Below, one piece after another: positions 49,961 to 58,682 of a stretch of DNA of 64,000 bases; position 1 is the first letter of the stretch; every line of letters starts with the position of its first letter. The position numbers were made by a program, and so were the translations under genes. The DNA is from a bacterium (GTDB lineage: Bacteria > Patescibacteriota > Dojkabacteria > JAKAPS01 > JAJZLI01), in the NCBI GenBank assembly GCA_021816845.1, contig JAKAWT010000002.1:141724-205723 (forward strand), given 5' to 3'. Below the pieces are notes generated by a model, which did not search any database, was not told the DNA's origin, and was given only the letters and a program-made list of their open reading frames with translations.

Positions 49961-50710
49961 ATGTATAAAATTGTATTAGTAGGGTCTGGAGAATTCACAT
50001 CTTCAATGTATGAAGTTGATAAATTTTTGATTTCTCAATTTCAAAAAAAAATAAAAGTTATGATAATTCCAACTGCAGCAGGACAGGAAAAAGATTATAG
50101 AAAATGGATATTAGATGGTAAAAAACATTTTGATCAGTTCAACATTGAATCTGTGGGAGTTGATATAATAAAAAAAGAAGATGCTTTCAGGGAGGATTAT
50201 ATAAAGTTACTAGATGATGTAGATTTTGTATATTTTTCAGGTGGGGATCCTATTTATCTTTTAAATACTTTGAAAGGAACTCCGTTCTTGAATACTGTAA
50301 TAGATTATTATAATAACGATAAAGTGATAATAGCTGGCTCATCAGCTGGAGCTATGATTATGGGAAGTTTTGTTCCATCAAATTTATTTAAAAACCTAAT
50401 CACCTTAAAAGGATTAAATATAGAATGGAATGAATCTTTAGGTCTAGTAAACTTTATTATTATTCCCCATTTTGACAGATTCTCGAAGATTATAAATTTT
50501 AATGGGTTTGTAAGTAAATATTTTAAAAATAAATTTATAGGAGAGTTAGAAAATACTAATATAATTGGTATTGATGAAAATACTGCACTAATAAGTAAGA
50601 ATAGTGTAGAATTTAAAGTGATGGGCAAATCCAAAATTCATCTGTTCTCTAAAAATCTAAAGGAAGAATATAAATCTGGAGATATATTCAATATTAATAA
50701 CTTGCTATAA
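49961..50710 (+). CDS. Peptidase S51 family (dipeptidase E / cyanophycinase-like)
   Basis: FSGGDPIYLLNTL and nucleophile region IAGSSAGAMIMG match Peptidase_S51. Confidence 0.7.
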   Translation: MYKIVLVGSGEFTSSMYEVDKFLISQFQKKIKVMIIPTAAGQEKDYRKWILDGKKHFDQFNIESVGVDIIKKEDAFREDYIKLLDDVDFVYFSGGDPIYLLNTLKGTPFLNTVIDYYNNDKVIIAGSSAGAMIMGSFVPSNLFKNLITLKGLNIEWNESLGLVNFIIIPHFDRFSKIINFNGFVSKYFKNKFIGELENTNIIGIDENTALISKNSVEFKVMGKSKIHLFSKNLKEEYKSGDIFNINNLL

Positions 50711-50740
50711 AATTGTATCTGATGCTATCATCAGTATACA

Positions 50741-51382
50741 ATGTTTGATGTTATATTTAATAGAATATTATCATTCAAAAATATATCTACTAAAAACTCA
50801 ACGCCGAGCTTTATAAGAGATTTTATATATAGTCAGCTATCCTTGTTATTATTTTTGTTTGTATGTTTTCTAATTACACCTATAGTCGTATTTACCAATG
50901 AGGGTGTTAGCGCTTTTGGAGTTAATATACAAACTATAGTTCCATATGCAATTGGATACTTTTTATGTAGTTATTTCCTTGGTAGGTCAGTCAAGTATAT
51001 GATACATGATGGTGAACCATATAAATTAATATTTTATGCTATAAATTCTATAGCAATATTATTTATTGCTTTAGTATTCACTCCATATGCTATAAATACA
51101 CCTTTTAACTGGATACATACTATTATATCAACATTATTATTCCTAATAGAACTTGGTCTTGCGATTTATTTAATATCATTTAGTAAGAAAAAATTTATAA
51201 ATATATTACTAATTATTGGTCAAATACTATCTGGGATTATTGCCATGTTTTCGGTAAACCCTTCTTCAGTAACACCTGGAGGATTGGATCTTCTATTGCA
51301 AGGTGAAGTACTCTTCCAACTATTTTTTGTATCTATAATACTAAATACTTTATCTAAATATAAATTTAATTATATTAATTAG
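50741..51382 (+). CDS. Polytopic membrane hypothetical protein
   Basis: 213 aa, about 6 TM helices. Confidence 0.4.
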   Translation: MFDVIFNRILSFKNISTKNSTPSFIRDFIYSQLSLLLFLFVCFLITPIVVFTNEGVSAFGVNIQTIVPYAIGYFLCSYFLGRSVKYMIHDGEPYKLIFYAINSIAILFIALVFTPYAINTPFNWIHTIISTLLFLIELGLAIYLISFSKKKFINILLIIGQILSGIIAMFSVNPSSVTPGGLDLLLQGEVLFQLFFVSIILNTLSKYKFNYIN

Positions 51383-51638
51383 AATTAGTTGATTTCTTCC
51401 CTGAAAAAGACCTTCCTATGGCTATAAGGATTACTGCACCAATGAAAGCTACTAGTATACTGTATAAATTAAATCCTGTAACTCCTGAAGCTCCAAAAAA
51501 ATTCATAACAAAGCCTCCTACAAAAGCTCCTACTATACCTAAGATTATATCCATAATGACTCCACCCGATCCCTTAGAAACCATTGATGCTAACCATCCT
51601 GCAATTAATCCCAAAATAATCCATGTTACTATACTCAT
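51375..51638 (-). CDS. GlsB/YeaQ/YmgE family transglycosylase-associated small membrane protein
   Basis: MSIVTWIILGLIAGWLASMV... glycine-zipper TM pattern typical of this family; 87 aa. Confidence 0.65.
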   Translation of the reverse strand: MSIVTWIILGLIAGWLASMVSKGSGGVIMDIILGIVGAFVGGFVMNFFGASGVTGFNLYSILVAFIGAVILIAIGRSFSGKKSTNSN

Positions 51639-51725
51639 AAATGTGTTATTAAAATATGCTACAGTCTAACTGTTTAACATTAATTTTAGATTAAATATAG
51701 ATTAATTATAATAACTAGAAAAATA

Positions 51726-52646
51726 TTGAAAAATTATGTAGAATCGTATCTTATGAATAGAGTAATTCTTTATTATAAATATATAAAAATAGATAATCCT
51801 AAAGCTTTTTTGAAAAGTCAGAAAAAACTTTGTTTAAGATTAAATCTCAAAGGTCGTATCATTATATCCTGGGAAGGTTTAAATGGAACATTATCAGGAT
51901 TAAAAAATAACATAGAGATTTATAAAAATATCTTACTAGAAGATACAAGGTTTGAAGATATTGTATTTAAAGAGAGCGATATTAAAGGTGATATATTTCC
52001 AAAACTATCAATAAAAATAAGAGATGAGATAGTGACATTGAAAGAAAAAATTGATATTGTATCTGAAAACAGTCTCAAAGGGAAATATATATCTCCTGAA
52101 GATTTCCATGATATAGTTTTAAATAAAGATGGAGATACCATAATTTTAGATGCTAGAAATAACTATGAATCTTTAATAGGAAGATTTAAAGGTGCCTTAA
52201 CCCCTGATATTGACAATTTTAGAGATTTACCAGGATATATAGAAAATCTCAAAGAATATAGAGATAAAAAAATTGTAATGTATTGTACAGGAGGTGTTAG
52301 ATGTGAAAAAGCATCTGCTCTACTTATAAAGAGAGGATTTAGAAATGTTTATCAGTTAAAAGAAGGTATACTAAATTATGCTAAATATTATCCAGAAGAT
52401 TTTGAAGGAAAATGTTATGTCTTTGATAAAAGAATATCAGTACCTCTAGATAAAAATAATGTAAAAATAATTTCAAAATGTAAACACTGTAACATCATAT
52501 CTGATATTTATATAAATTGTGCTAACAAACAATGTAATATGCAATTTATATCATGTAAAAATTGTATTGAGAAATTTCATCACACATGTTCATTAGATTG
52601 TAAAAGTTTTATCACTATCCATAGTTTTAAAAATTTAAATAAATAA
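51726..52646 (+). CDS. trhO: Rhodanese-domain protein of the UPF0176/TrhO family (tRNA U34 hydroxylase-like)
   Basis: Active-site loop YCTGGVRCEKASA within a rhodanese domain. N-terminal YceA-like domain, C-terminal Cys-rich tail. Confidence 0.7.
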   Translation: MKNYVESYLMNRVILYYKYIKIDNPKAFLKSQKKLCLRLNLKGRIIISWEGLNGTLSGLKNNIEIYKNILLEDTRFEDIVFKESDIKGDIFPKLSIKIRDEIVTLKEKIDIVSENSLKGKYISPEDFHDIVLNKDGDTIILDARNNYESLIGRFKGALTPDIDNFRDLPGYIENLKEYRDKKIVMYCTGGVRCEKASALLIKRGFRNVYQLKEGILNYAKYYPEDFEGKCYVFDKRISVPLDKNNVKIISKCKHCNIISDIYINCANKQCNMQFISCKNCIEKFHHTCSLDCKSFITIHSFKNLNK

Positions 52647-52707
52647 CATATAAATTTTGGCTTTTTTAAAATAATATTTTATATGTTATTGTAAAAATAA
52701 ATATGTT

Positions 52708-55700
52708 ATGATAGTATCACCTGCAATGTATAAGTATAAAATATTTATAACGTTACTTGTAATATTATTCCTTGCCCCATTATTACACACTAATGCTTTT
52801 GCACAAAGCTATACACCTTCTGAGGTTAGATCCATGAGTGTAGATTCCAAAATAGTTCCAACAGGAAATGGTACTGGTTACTATATAGTATCGAACCAAG
52901 GGATAGTTCAATCTCTAGGATCTGCTAAATATTATGGAGGATTAAATAATATAGCTGTAGTACCAAATCATAATGTTGTAGATATGGTTGTAACACCAAA
53001 TGATGGAGGTTATTATATTTTAACTCAAGACGGAGGTGTTTATAACTTTGGAAATGCTCAGTTCTATGGATCTCTATATAACGTACAGACTGTACCAGTA
53101 AGAGTTGCTGTAAGCATGAAACTTACAACAACAGGAAATGGATATTATATAATGACACAAGAAGGTGGTGTATACACCTTTGGTGATGCAGTGTTCCAAG
53201 GGTCTGCATATACTTACCAGAATTCTCCTACAGTTAATGCTGTATCTTTCCAAGTAACAAATGGAGGTTACTATATCCTAGAGCAAAATGGTGGTGTATA
53301 TACTTTTGGTAGTGCACCTTTCTATGGATCAATGTTTAATGTAGTGGGGAATATTAACAGAACATCAATTGGTATGCAGTTAACTTCTCAAGGTTATATG
53401 ATACAAACTTCTGATGGTGGGGAGTATACATTTGGTAATGCACAGTTTTATGGAACTATCTTTAATATTGTAAATCCTCAATCAACAGTAGTTTCAGATA
53501 CAGCAGTACTTCCAGGAGATGGAGGTTATTACGTTCTTGTATCCAGTGGAGCAGTATATACATTTGGTGATGCAATATATCTTGGTAATTACACAACTTT
53601 GGGAATTTCTAATATAGGGGTTATTACAAATACAGGACCTTTAACGGTTACTGGAGATACTGCTTTGAATGGCAATCTATCTGTTATGGGTGTTATTACA
53701 GCACCATTACTTGATATAAACAATATCAATATATTAAGCAATATATATTTTACAGGTTCAAATCCACAGATAGATACAGGATCAAATTCTCTTACTTTTA
53801 ATGGTAATGGTTCTACAGGTAGTGTATGTTTCTTTAAATGTGCAAATAACGTATCTTCAGGAGGTTCCCTATCACTTCTTGGTGGAGAGTTACTTGGTGG
53901 AAATCTTAATGTAGGTGGGAGTAGTACTAATATACTAAATGGTAATACTGAGTTTAAAGATAACCTAACAGTATCTGGTAATACAAATACTTCTGGTATA
54001 ACGAATACTGGTCTTCTTACAAACAATGGTAATACTATGCTGAATGGAACTTTGAATATAACAGGAAATACAACTTTAAGTAGTAATTTACAGGTTAGCG
54101 GTAATACAAATACTCACGGTATAACGAATACAGGTTCATTGTTTAATGGTGGAAATTTATTTGTTGCTGGTAATGTATTTGTTAGAAATAATCTAGAGGT
54201 ACTCCATAATGTACATATAAATCATAATCTAAAAGTTAAAGGTCATACCAAGACTCATGGTATATATAATAAAGGAACGTTGAGGAATAATGGCATTATA
54301 GAAGCTTTTGGTACTAGAAGAACTAGATATACTTCTTTGGTTTCATTTGGTAAAACAAAGTTATTTGGTGAATTGAATGTTATCGGTCAAACTACAACTC
54401 GAGGTATAAAGAATAATGGGAATATTTCTAATAGTGGTGATTTATCAGTTCATGGAAACGTTGCATTCTTTTCTGATATGGAAGTAGCTGGTAGTACAAC
54501 TATTGGAGGCATATTAAATGTTACAGGCCAATCAACATTTGTTGGTAATGTTACTTTAGCTCAAGACCTCAATGTTGGAGGAATAACAACTACTAATGGG
54601 TTGATAAATAATGACAATTCGGGAATCACAGGTAATTTAAATGTTGGAGGTACTGGAACATTTGGAGGTAATTTAACTCTGACAGGCACCAATCCTCAAG
54701 TCAACTCTACAGGGTCAAATAATCTGACATTAAATGGTAATAGTAATACAGGAGATACATGTTTCTACTCATGCGGTAATAATATAATACCTAACGGATC
54801 TATATCATTCTTGGGTGGAGCCTTACTTGGAGGAAATCTTAATGTAGGTGGCAGCAGTACAAACATATTTAATGGAAATACAGAATTTAAAAATAATATT
54901 ACTGTATCTGGAAGTACAATAACTAATGGTGTAACTAATAATGGTTTGCTTACAAATAACGGGAATATTACATCTACAGGTACAGGAGTATTTTCTTCAT
55001 TTGTATCAGCATCTTTATATCAAATAGCTGGTGTTACAGTATTATCTAATGCAGGTACACAGAATATATTCTTAGGTCAGGCTGCAGGATTAAGTAATAC
55101 TACTGGATCTAATAACTCATTTATAGGTATGCAGGCAGGACAATATAACACGACAGGATCTAATAACACATTCGTGGGTCAAGATGCAGGATCAGGTTCA
55201 GGAATTCAACTTAATAATTCTACAGCAATAGGATACCAGGCATTAGTATCAGAGAGTAATGCAGTGGTACTTGGAGGTATAGGTTCAAATGCAGTAAATG
55301 TAGGTATAGGTACATCTACACCAAATGCAACATTAGAAATTACTGGGGTATCTGGTCAATCCCAAAATTATTTTGATATAACATCAAATGGAGCACCATC
55401 TGGTAATGTATTTTCTATAGATATGAATGGAAATGTAACTATATCTGGTCATATAATAGTACAAGGTGTAACACCAACATTAGTTGAATATCATGGTAAT
55501 ACAGCATCCTTGTCTGATGCCACAGATACATCAGGAGTCCTTCAGTTACAACTGAATGGTATAGCTGTTAGTGGATCAGAAGTTGAGGTTGTATTTGCAA
55601 AACCTTATCAAATTCCTCCTAATGTTGTAATATCACCTGATAATCCTCAAGCTGCGTTAGCATTTTCTAACCAAGATGCTTATGTCATATCATCTAAGAC

Positions 55701-55785
55701 AGGTTTTACTATAGTATTTGGTAGTTTCATTGGACCTCTACCTGCTCTATATGATTATCTTTGGACTTATCAAGTAATACAATAA
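52708..55785 (+). CDS. Large secreted surface protein: signal peptide, six-blade beta-propeller repeat region, duplicated Cys-containing beta-helical modules, and C-terminal phage-tail-fibre-like domain
   Basis: Signal peptide (LLVILFLAPLLHTNAFA). Six repeats of about 45 aa of the form GGYYILTQDGGVYTFGxAxFYGS. Two about 95-aa modules share TGSNxLTxNGN...C(F/Y)xxC...LLGGNLNVGGSSTNIxNGNTEFKxN. C-terminal GxxNT(T)GSNN(S/T)F(I/V)G repeats plus SNAVVLGG...VGIGTSTPNATLEITG resemble tail-fibre / endosialidase-chaperone-type domains. Confidence 0.6.
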   Translation: MIVSPAMYKYKIFITLLVILFLAPLLHTNAFAQSYTPSEVRSMSVDSKIVPTGNGTGYYIVSNQGIVQSLGSAKYYGGLNNIAVVPNHNVVDMVVTPNDGGYYILTQDGGVYNFGNAQFYGSLYNVQTVPVRVAVSMKLTTTGNGYYIMTQEGGVYTFGDAVFQGSAYTYQNSPTVNAVSFQVTNGGYYILEQNGGVYTFGSAPFYGSMFNVVGNINRTSIGMQLTSQGYMIQTSDGGEYTFGNAQFYGTIFNIVNPQSTVVSDTAVLPGDGGYYVLVSSGAVYTFGDAIYLGNYTTLGISNIGVITNTGPLTVTGDTALNGNLSVMGVITAPLLDINNINILSNIYFTGSNPQIDTGSNSLTFNGNGSTGSVCFFKCANNVSSGGSLSLLGGELLGGNLNVGGSSTNILNGNTEFKDNLTVSGNTNTSGITNTGLLTNNGNTMLNGTLNITGNTTLSSNLQVSGNTNTHGITNTGSLFNGGNLFVAGNVFVRNNLEVLHNVHINHNLKVKGHTKTHGIYNKGTLRNNGIIEAFGTRRTRYTSLVSFGKTKLFGELNVIGQTTTRGIKNNGNISNSGDLSVHGNVAFFSDMEVAGSTTIGGILNVTGQSTFVGNVTLAQDLNVGGITTTNGLINNDNSGITGNLNVGGTGTFGGNLTLTGTNPQVNSTGSNNLTLNGNSNTGDTCFYSCGNNIIPNGSISFLGGALLGGNLNVGGSSTNIFNGNTEFKNNITVSGSTITNGVTNNGLLTNNGNITSTGTGVFSSFVSASLYQIAGVTVLSNAGTQNIFLGQAAGLSNTTGSNNSFIGMQAGQYNTTGSNNTFVGQDAGSGSGIQLNNSTAIGYQALVSESNAVVLGGIGSNAVNVGIGTSTPNATLEITGVSGQSQNYFDITSNGAPSGNVFSIDMNGNVTISGHIIVQGVTPTLVEYHGNTASLSDATDTSGVLQLQLNGIAVSGSEVEVVFAKPYQIPPNVVISPDNPQAALAFSNQDAYVISSKTGFTIVFGSFIGPLPALYDYLWTYQVIQ

Positions 55786-55786
55786 T

Positions 55787-56440
55787 TTAGTTATTCTTAT
55801 AATTCTTTAATATTGAAAAAGCTTTATCAACGTCAGTACCACTAAATACTATTGTTAGTTCTTGATATGTTGATATTATATCTGTGAAACTTATATTATT
55901 CCAAGTTAGAAGTTTTAGTATAGAGTAATATACTCCTGGTGTATCCACAGTCTCCTTTGACAATAATATAGTTATAGATGATAGATTGTTTATTCTTGAG
56001 ATTAACCTCTCACCATAAAAGATAGTTTCTACATTTTTTGCTATCTCATTCCCTACCACTAGCATTGTTTCTCGTACACCCTGAGTTAGATTACACAACA
56101 CATCTTTCCTTTTTTCTGAAACAAGGAATATTTTTTTATATTTCTCTACAATAGTATCAGAATTTAGATATGTAAATTCAACTAAATCAGAACGCACAGT
56201 AAGTCCGTTAAAATTTACTATGTTCTCAATATTTACTTTCTTTTGTTTTAAGTTTTTACTAATTCTTTTTAAGGCCATTACTATAGAACCTCTTGTTATA
56301 TCCTTCATAAGGTCATCCTCAATTTGAGGTTTTATTTCTCTTGCAAGAGCAGAATAACTAATTATGCCTCTTGATAAACCATCTTCTAAAAGAGGTTGTT
56401 TTTTTACTAAATTTTGCACTACTTCAGATGTACTTAACAT
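55787..56440 (-). CDS. ACT-domain-like putative regulatory protein, divergent from lysW
   Basis: 217 aa. C-terminal halves resemble tandem ACT-type ligand-binding modules (SITILLSKETVDTPGVYYSILKLL...). Assignment is by pattern only. Confidence 0.3.
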   Translation of the reverse strand: MLSTSEVVQNLVKKQPLLEDGLSRGIISYSALAREIKPQIEDDLMKDITRGSIVMALKRISKNLKQKKVNIENIVNFNGLTVRSDLVEFTYLNSDTIVEKYKKIFLVSEKRKDVLCNLTQGVRETMLVVGNEIAKNVETIFYGERLISRINNLSSITILLSKETVDTPGVYYSILKLLTWNNISFTDIISTYQELTIVFSGTDVDKAFSILKNYKNN

Positions 56441-56523
56441 GTTACAAATGTAACATTATATATTAATTTTGTCAAATTATTTTAAAAATTTGACCTTATT
56501 TTGTATATACGTATAATAGGCTT

Positions 56524-56703
56524 ATGAATATTAAAGTGATTTGTCCAGTATGTGATGCAGATATACTACTTAATAATGATACCAAGGTGTCTGAAGTTAT
56601 TAAATGTACTGAATGCGGAACAGAGCTTGTAGTTGATAAAATTGATGGAACGGATACACTACTATCTATAGCTCCTGAGGTTGAAGAAGATTGGGGGGAA
56701 TAG
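56524..56703 (+). CDS. lysW: Amino-group carrier protein LysW (AmCP)
   Basis: Hand-translated 59 aa MNIKVICPVCDADILLNNDTKVSEVIKCTECGTELVVDKIDGTDTLLSIAPEVEEDWGE. Zn-ribbon CxxC...CxxC and the diagnostic C-terminal EDWGE tail. Below the cutoff of the supplied ORF track. Confidence 0.8.
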   Translation: MNIKVICPVCDADILLNNDTKVSEVIKCTECGTELVVDKIDGTDTLLSIAPEVEEDWGE

Positions 56704-56705
56704 GT

Positions 56706-57557
56706 ATGTTTACTCTTGGTATACTACATTCCACCATTAGATCTGAAGAGAAACTATTAGATAAAGAAGCACAAAGTAGAGGTATTAAGGTAGAACTTAT
56801 TGATGTTAGAAACAAAATTCTAAGCCCCAATTTTAATAATTTTAAGATTGATGTTGCTCTTGAAAGGTGTGTATCAACAGTTCAGGGATCATACGCAATA
56901 AGTTTTCTAGAATCCTTGAATATTAAAGTCATAAACTCTTCCTTGGTAGCGAATATTTGTCAGGATAAGTTTCTGACATCATTAGTTTTAAATAAGGCTA
57001 ATGTTAATACTCCGCCATTTGCATTAGTATTCAGCGTAGATGAAGCTAAGGAAGCTGTAAGAGGGCTTGGTGGATTTCCCATTGTTATAAAACCAAATCT
57101 AGGCTCTTGGGGTCGATTACTTGCAAAAATAAATGATGATGATGCACTAGAATCTGTTATTGAACATAAGAATGTACTTGGTTCTCCACAACAAAAACCC
57201 ATATATATTCAAAAATATATAGATAAACCAGGTAGAGATATACGAGTTTTTGTTATAGATGGTAAGGCTATATGTGCAATTTATAGACAATCCAACCATT
57301 GGATTACCAATACAGCAAGAGGTGGTAAGGCTTTAAATTGTCCATTAACAAAGGATCTTATTGATATATCCAAAAATACTTCTATAGCTTGTGGAGGAGG
57401 TATTTTAGCCATAGATGTATTCGAGACTGATAATGGTCTTAGTATCAACGAGGTTAACCATACTATGGAATTTAAAAATTCAGAAATACCTACAGGGGTT
57501 AGTATTTCTGGTGCAATTATAGATTATTGTATAAAGGTATACAAAAATTATGATTAA
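56706..57557 (+). CDS. lysX: RimK/LysX-type ATP-grasp ligase (LysW--amino acid ligase)
   Basis: ATP-grasp fold (PIVIKPNLGSWGRLL; IYIQKYIDKPGRDIRVFVIDGK; EVNHTMEF). Starts 3 nt after the lysW stop; probable start ATG 56706. Confidence 0.75.
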   Translation: MFTLGILHSTIRSEEKLLDKEAQSRGIKVELIDVRNKILSPNFNNFKIDVALERCVSTVQGSYAISFLESLNIKVINSSLVANICQDKFLTSLVLNKANVNTPPFALVFSVDEAKEAVRGLGGFPIVIKPNLGSWGRLLAKINDDDALESVIEHKNVLGSPQQKPIYIQKYIDKPGRDIRVFVIDGKAICAIYRQSNHWITNTARGGKALNCPLTKDLIDISKNTSIACGGGILAIDVFETDNGLSINEVNHTMEFKNSEIPTGVSISGAIIDYCIKVYKNYD

Positions 57558-58677
57558 AGTTTCAATTATTGGTGGATCTGGATATGCAGGAGGAGAATTA
57601 CTAAGGATTCTTCTAAACCACCCAAAAGTTACAATAGGACAAGTCACTTCTAGACAATTTGCTGGAGAATTAGTCTCATCTGTTCACCCAAATTTAAGAA
57701 AAATGACCAATTTAACATTTACCCATCCAGATGGTTCCCATCCAGATGGTTCCCATCCAGATGGTTCCCGTCCAGATGGACATCCAGATGTATATCCAGA
57801 TAATTTATCACATTGTGACCTTCTTTTTGTAGCTTTACCCAATGGTATATCAATGGGTAAAATGAGAAATTATATGGATGTTGCAGATAGAATCATTGAT
57901 CTTGGATCAGATTTTAGAATTCATGATAAAGATATCTTTTCAAAATGGTACAAGAAAAATCACGAAGATCCAGAATTACTTAATAAATTTGTATATGGTA
58001 TCACAGAACTACACAGAAAAGAGATAAGAGAAGCTAAATATGTGTCATGTGGAGGTTGTGAGGCAACTGCCTCTATACTTGCTCTATACCCACTTTATAA
58101 GAACAATATTATTAAGGACGAAGTAGTAATAAATGCTATCATGAGTAGTTCCCAATCCGGAATGTCAGTATCCTTATCATCCCATCATCCAGAACGTTCT
58201 GGAGTAGTAAGGTCATATATGCCAACTGGACACAGACATACAGCAGAGATAGAACAAGAGTTAGTAGGGATAAAACCATTAATATCAGCTACATCCATTG
58301 ATATAGTCAGAGGACTACATGTTACAATAAACACCACACCAAAAATTCCAATCACAGAAAAAGATATCTGGAAAATCTACAGACAAGAATATGGAGATGA
58401 ACCATTTATAAGGATAGTAAAAGAGCGTAGTGGAATCTATAGATACCCAGAACCAAAGATCTTGCAAGGCACTAACTATTGTGATATCGGGTTTGAACTT
58501 GACACAAGCCTGCTTGACACAAGTCCACCTGGTACAAGTACAAATAGACTAGTTATAATGGCTGCTATAGATAATTTGGTTAAAGGTACAGCAGGACAGG
58601 CAGTACAAGATATGAATGTGATGTTTGGGTTTGAAGAACGAGAAGGACTAGAATTTACAGGCTTACACCCTATATAA
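57550..58677 (+). CDS. argC: N-acetyl-gamma-glutamyl-phosphate / LysW-aminoadipyl-phosphate reductase (ArgC/LysY) with internal HPDGS tandem-repeat insertion
   Basis: MIKVSIIGGSGYAGGELLRIL NAD-binding N-terminus, catalytic Cys region VSCGGCEATAS, C-terminal dimerisation domain. Overlaps lysX by 8 nt. Confidence 0.85.
   Translation: MIKVSIIGGSGYAGGELLRILLNHPKVTIGQVTSRQFAGELVSSVHPNLRKMTNLTFTHPDGSHPDGSHPDGSRPDGHPDVYPDNLSHCDLLFVALPNGISMGKMRNYMDVADRIIDLGSDFRIHDKDIFSKWYKKNHEDPELLNKFVYGITELHRKEIREAKYVSCGGCEATASILALYPLYKNNIIKDEVVINAIMSSSQSGMSVSLSSHHPERSGVVRSYMPTGHRHTAEIEQELVGIKPLISATSIDIVRGLHVTINTTPKIPITEKDIWKIYRQEYGDEPFIRIVKERSGIYRYPEPKILQGTNYCDIGFELDTSLLDTSPPGTSTNRLVIMAAIDNLVKGTAGQAVQDMNVMFGFEEREGLEFTGLHPI
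57723..57806 (+). repeat. In-frame tandem repeat (15-nt unit CCATCCAGATGGTTC x3 plus degenerate copies) encoding HPDGS-HPDGS-HPDGS-RPDG-HPDVYPD inside argC/lysY
   Basis: Directly visible perfect 15-nt tandem copies at about 57723-57767, followed by two diverged copies. Confidence 0.85.
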
Positions 58678-58682
58678 AGATT

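Noticed and set aside
57723-57806. Possible CRISPR-like or non-coding repeat array
   Set aside because: The 15-nt units are contiguous with no spacers, in frame within argC/lysY, and encode a peptide repeat. No other direct-repeat/spacer architecture was seen anywhere in the window, so there is no CRISPR array.
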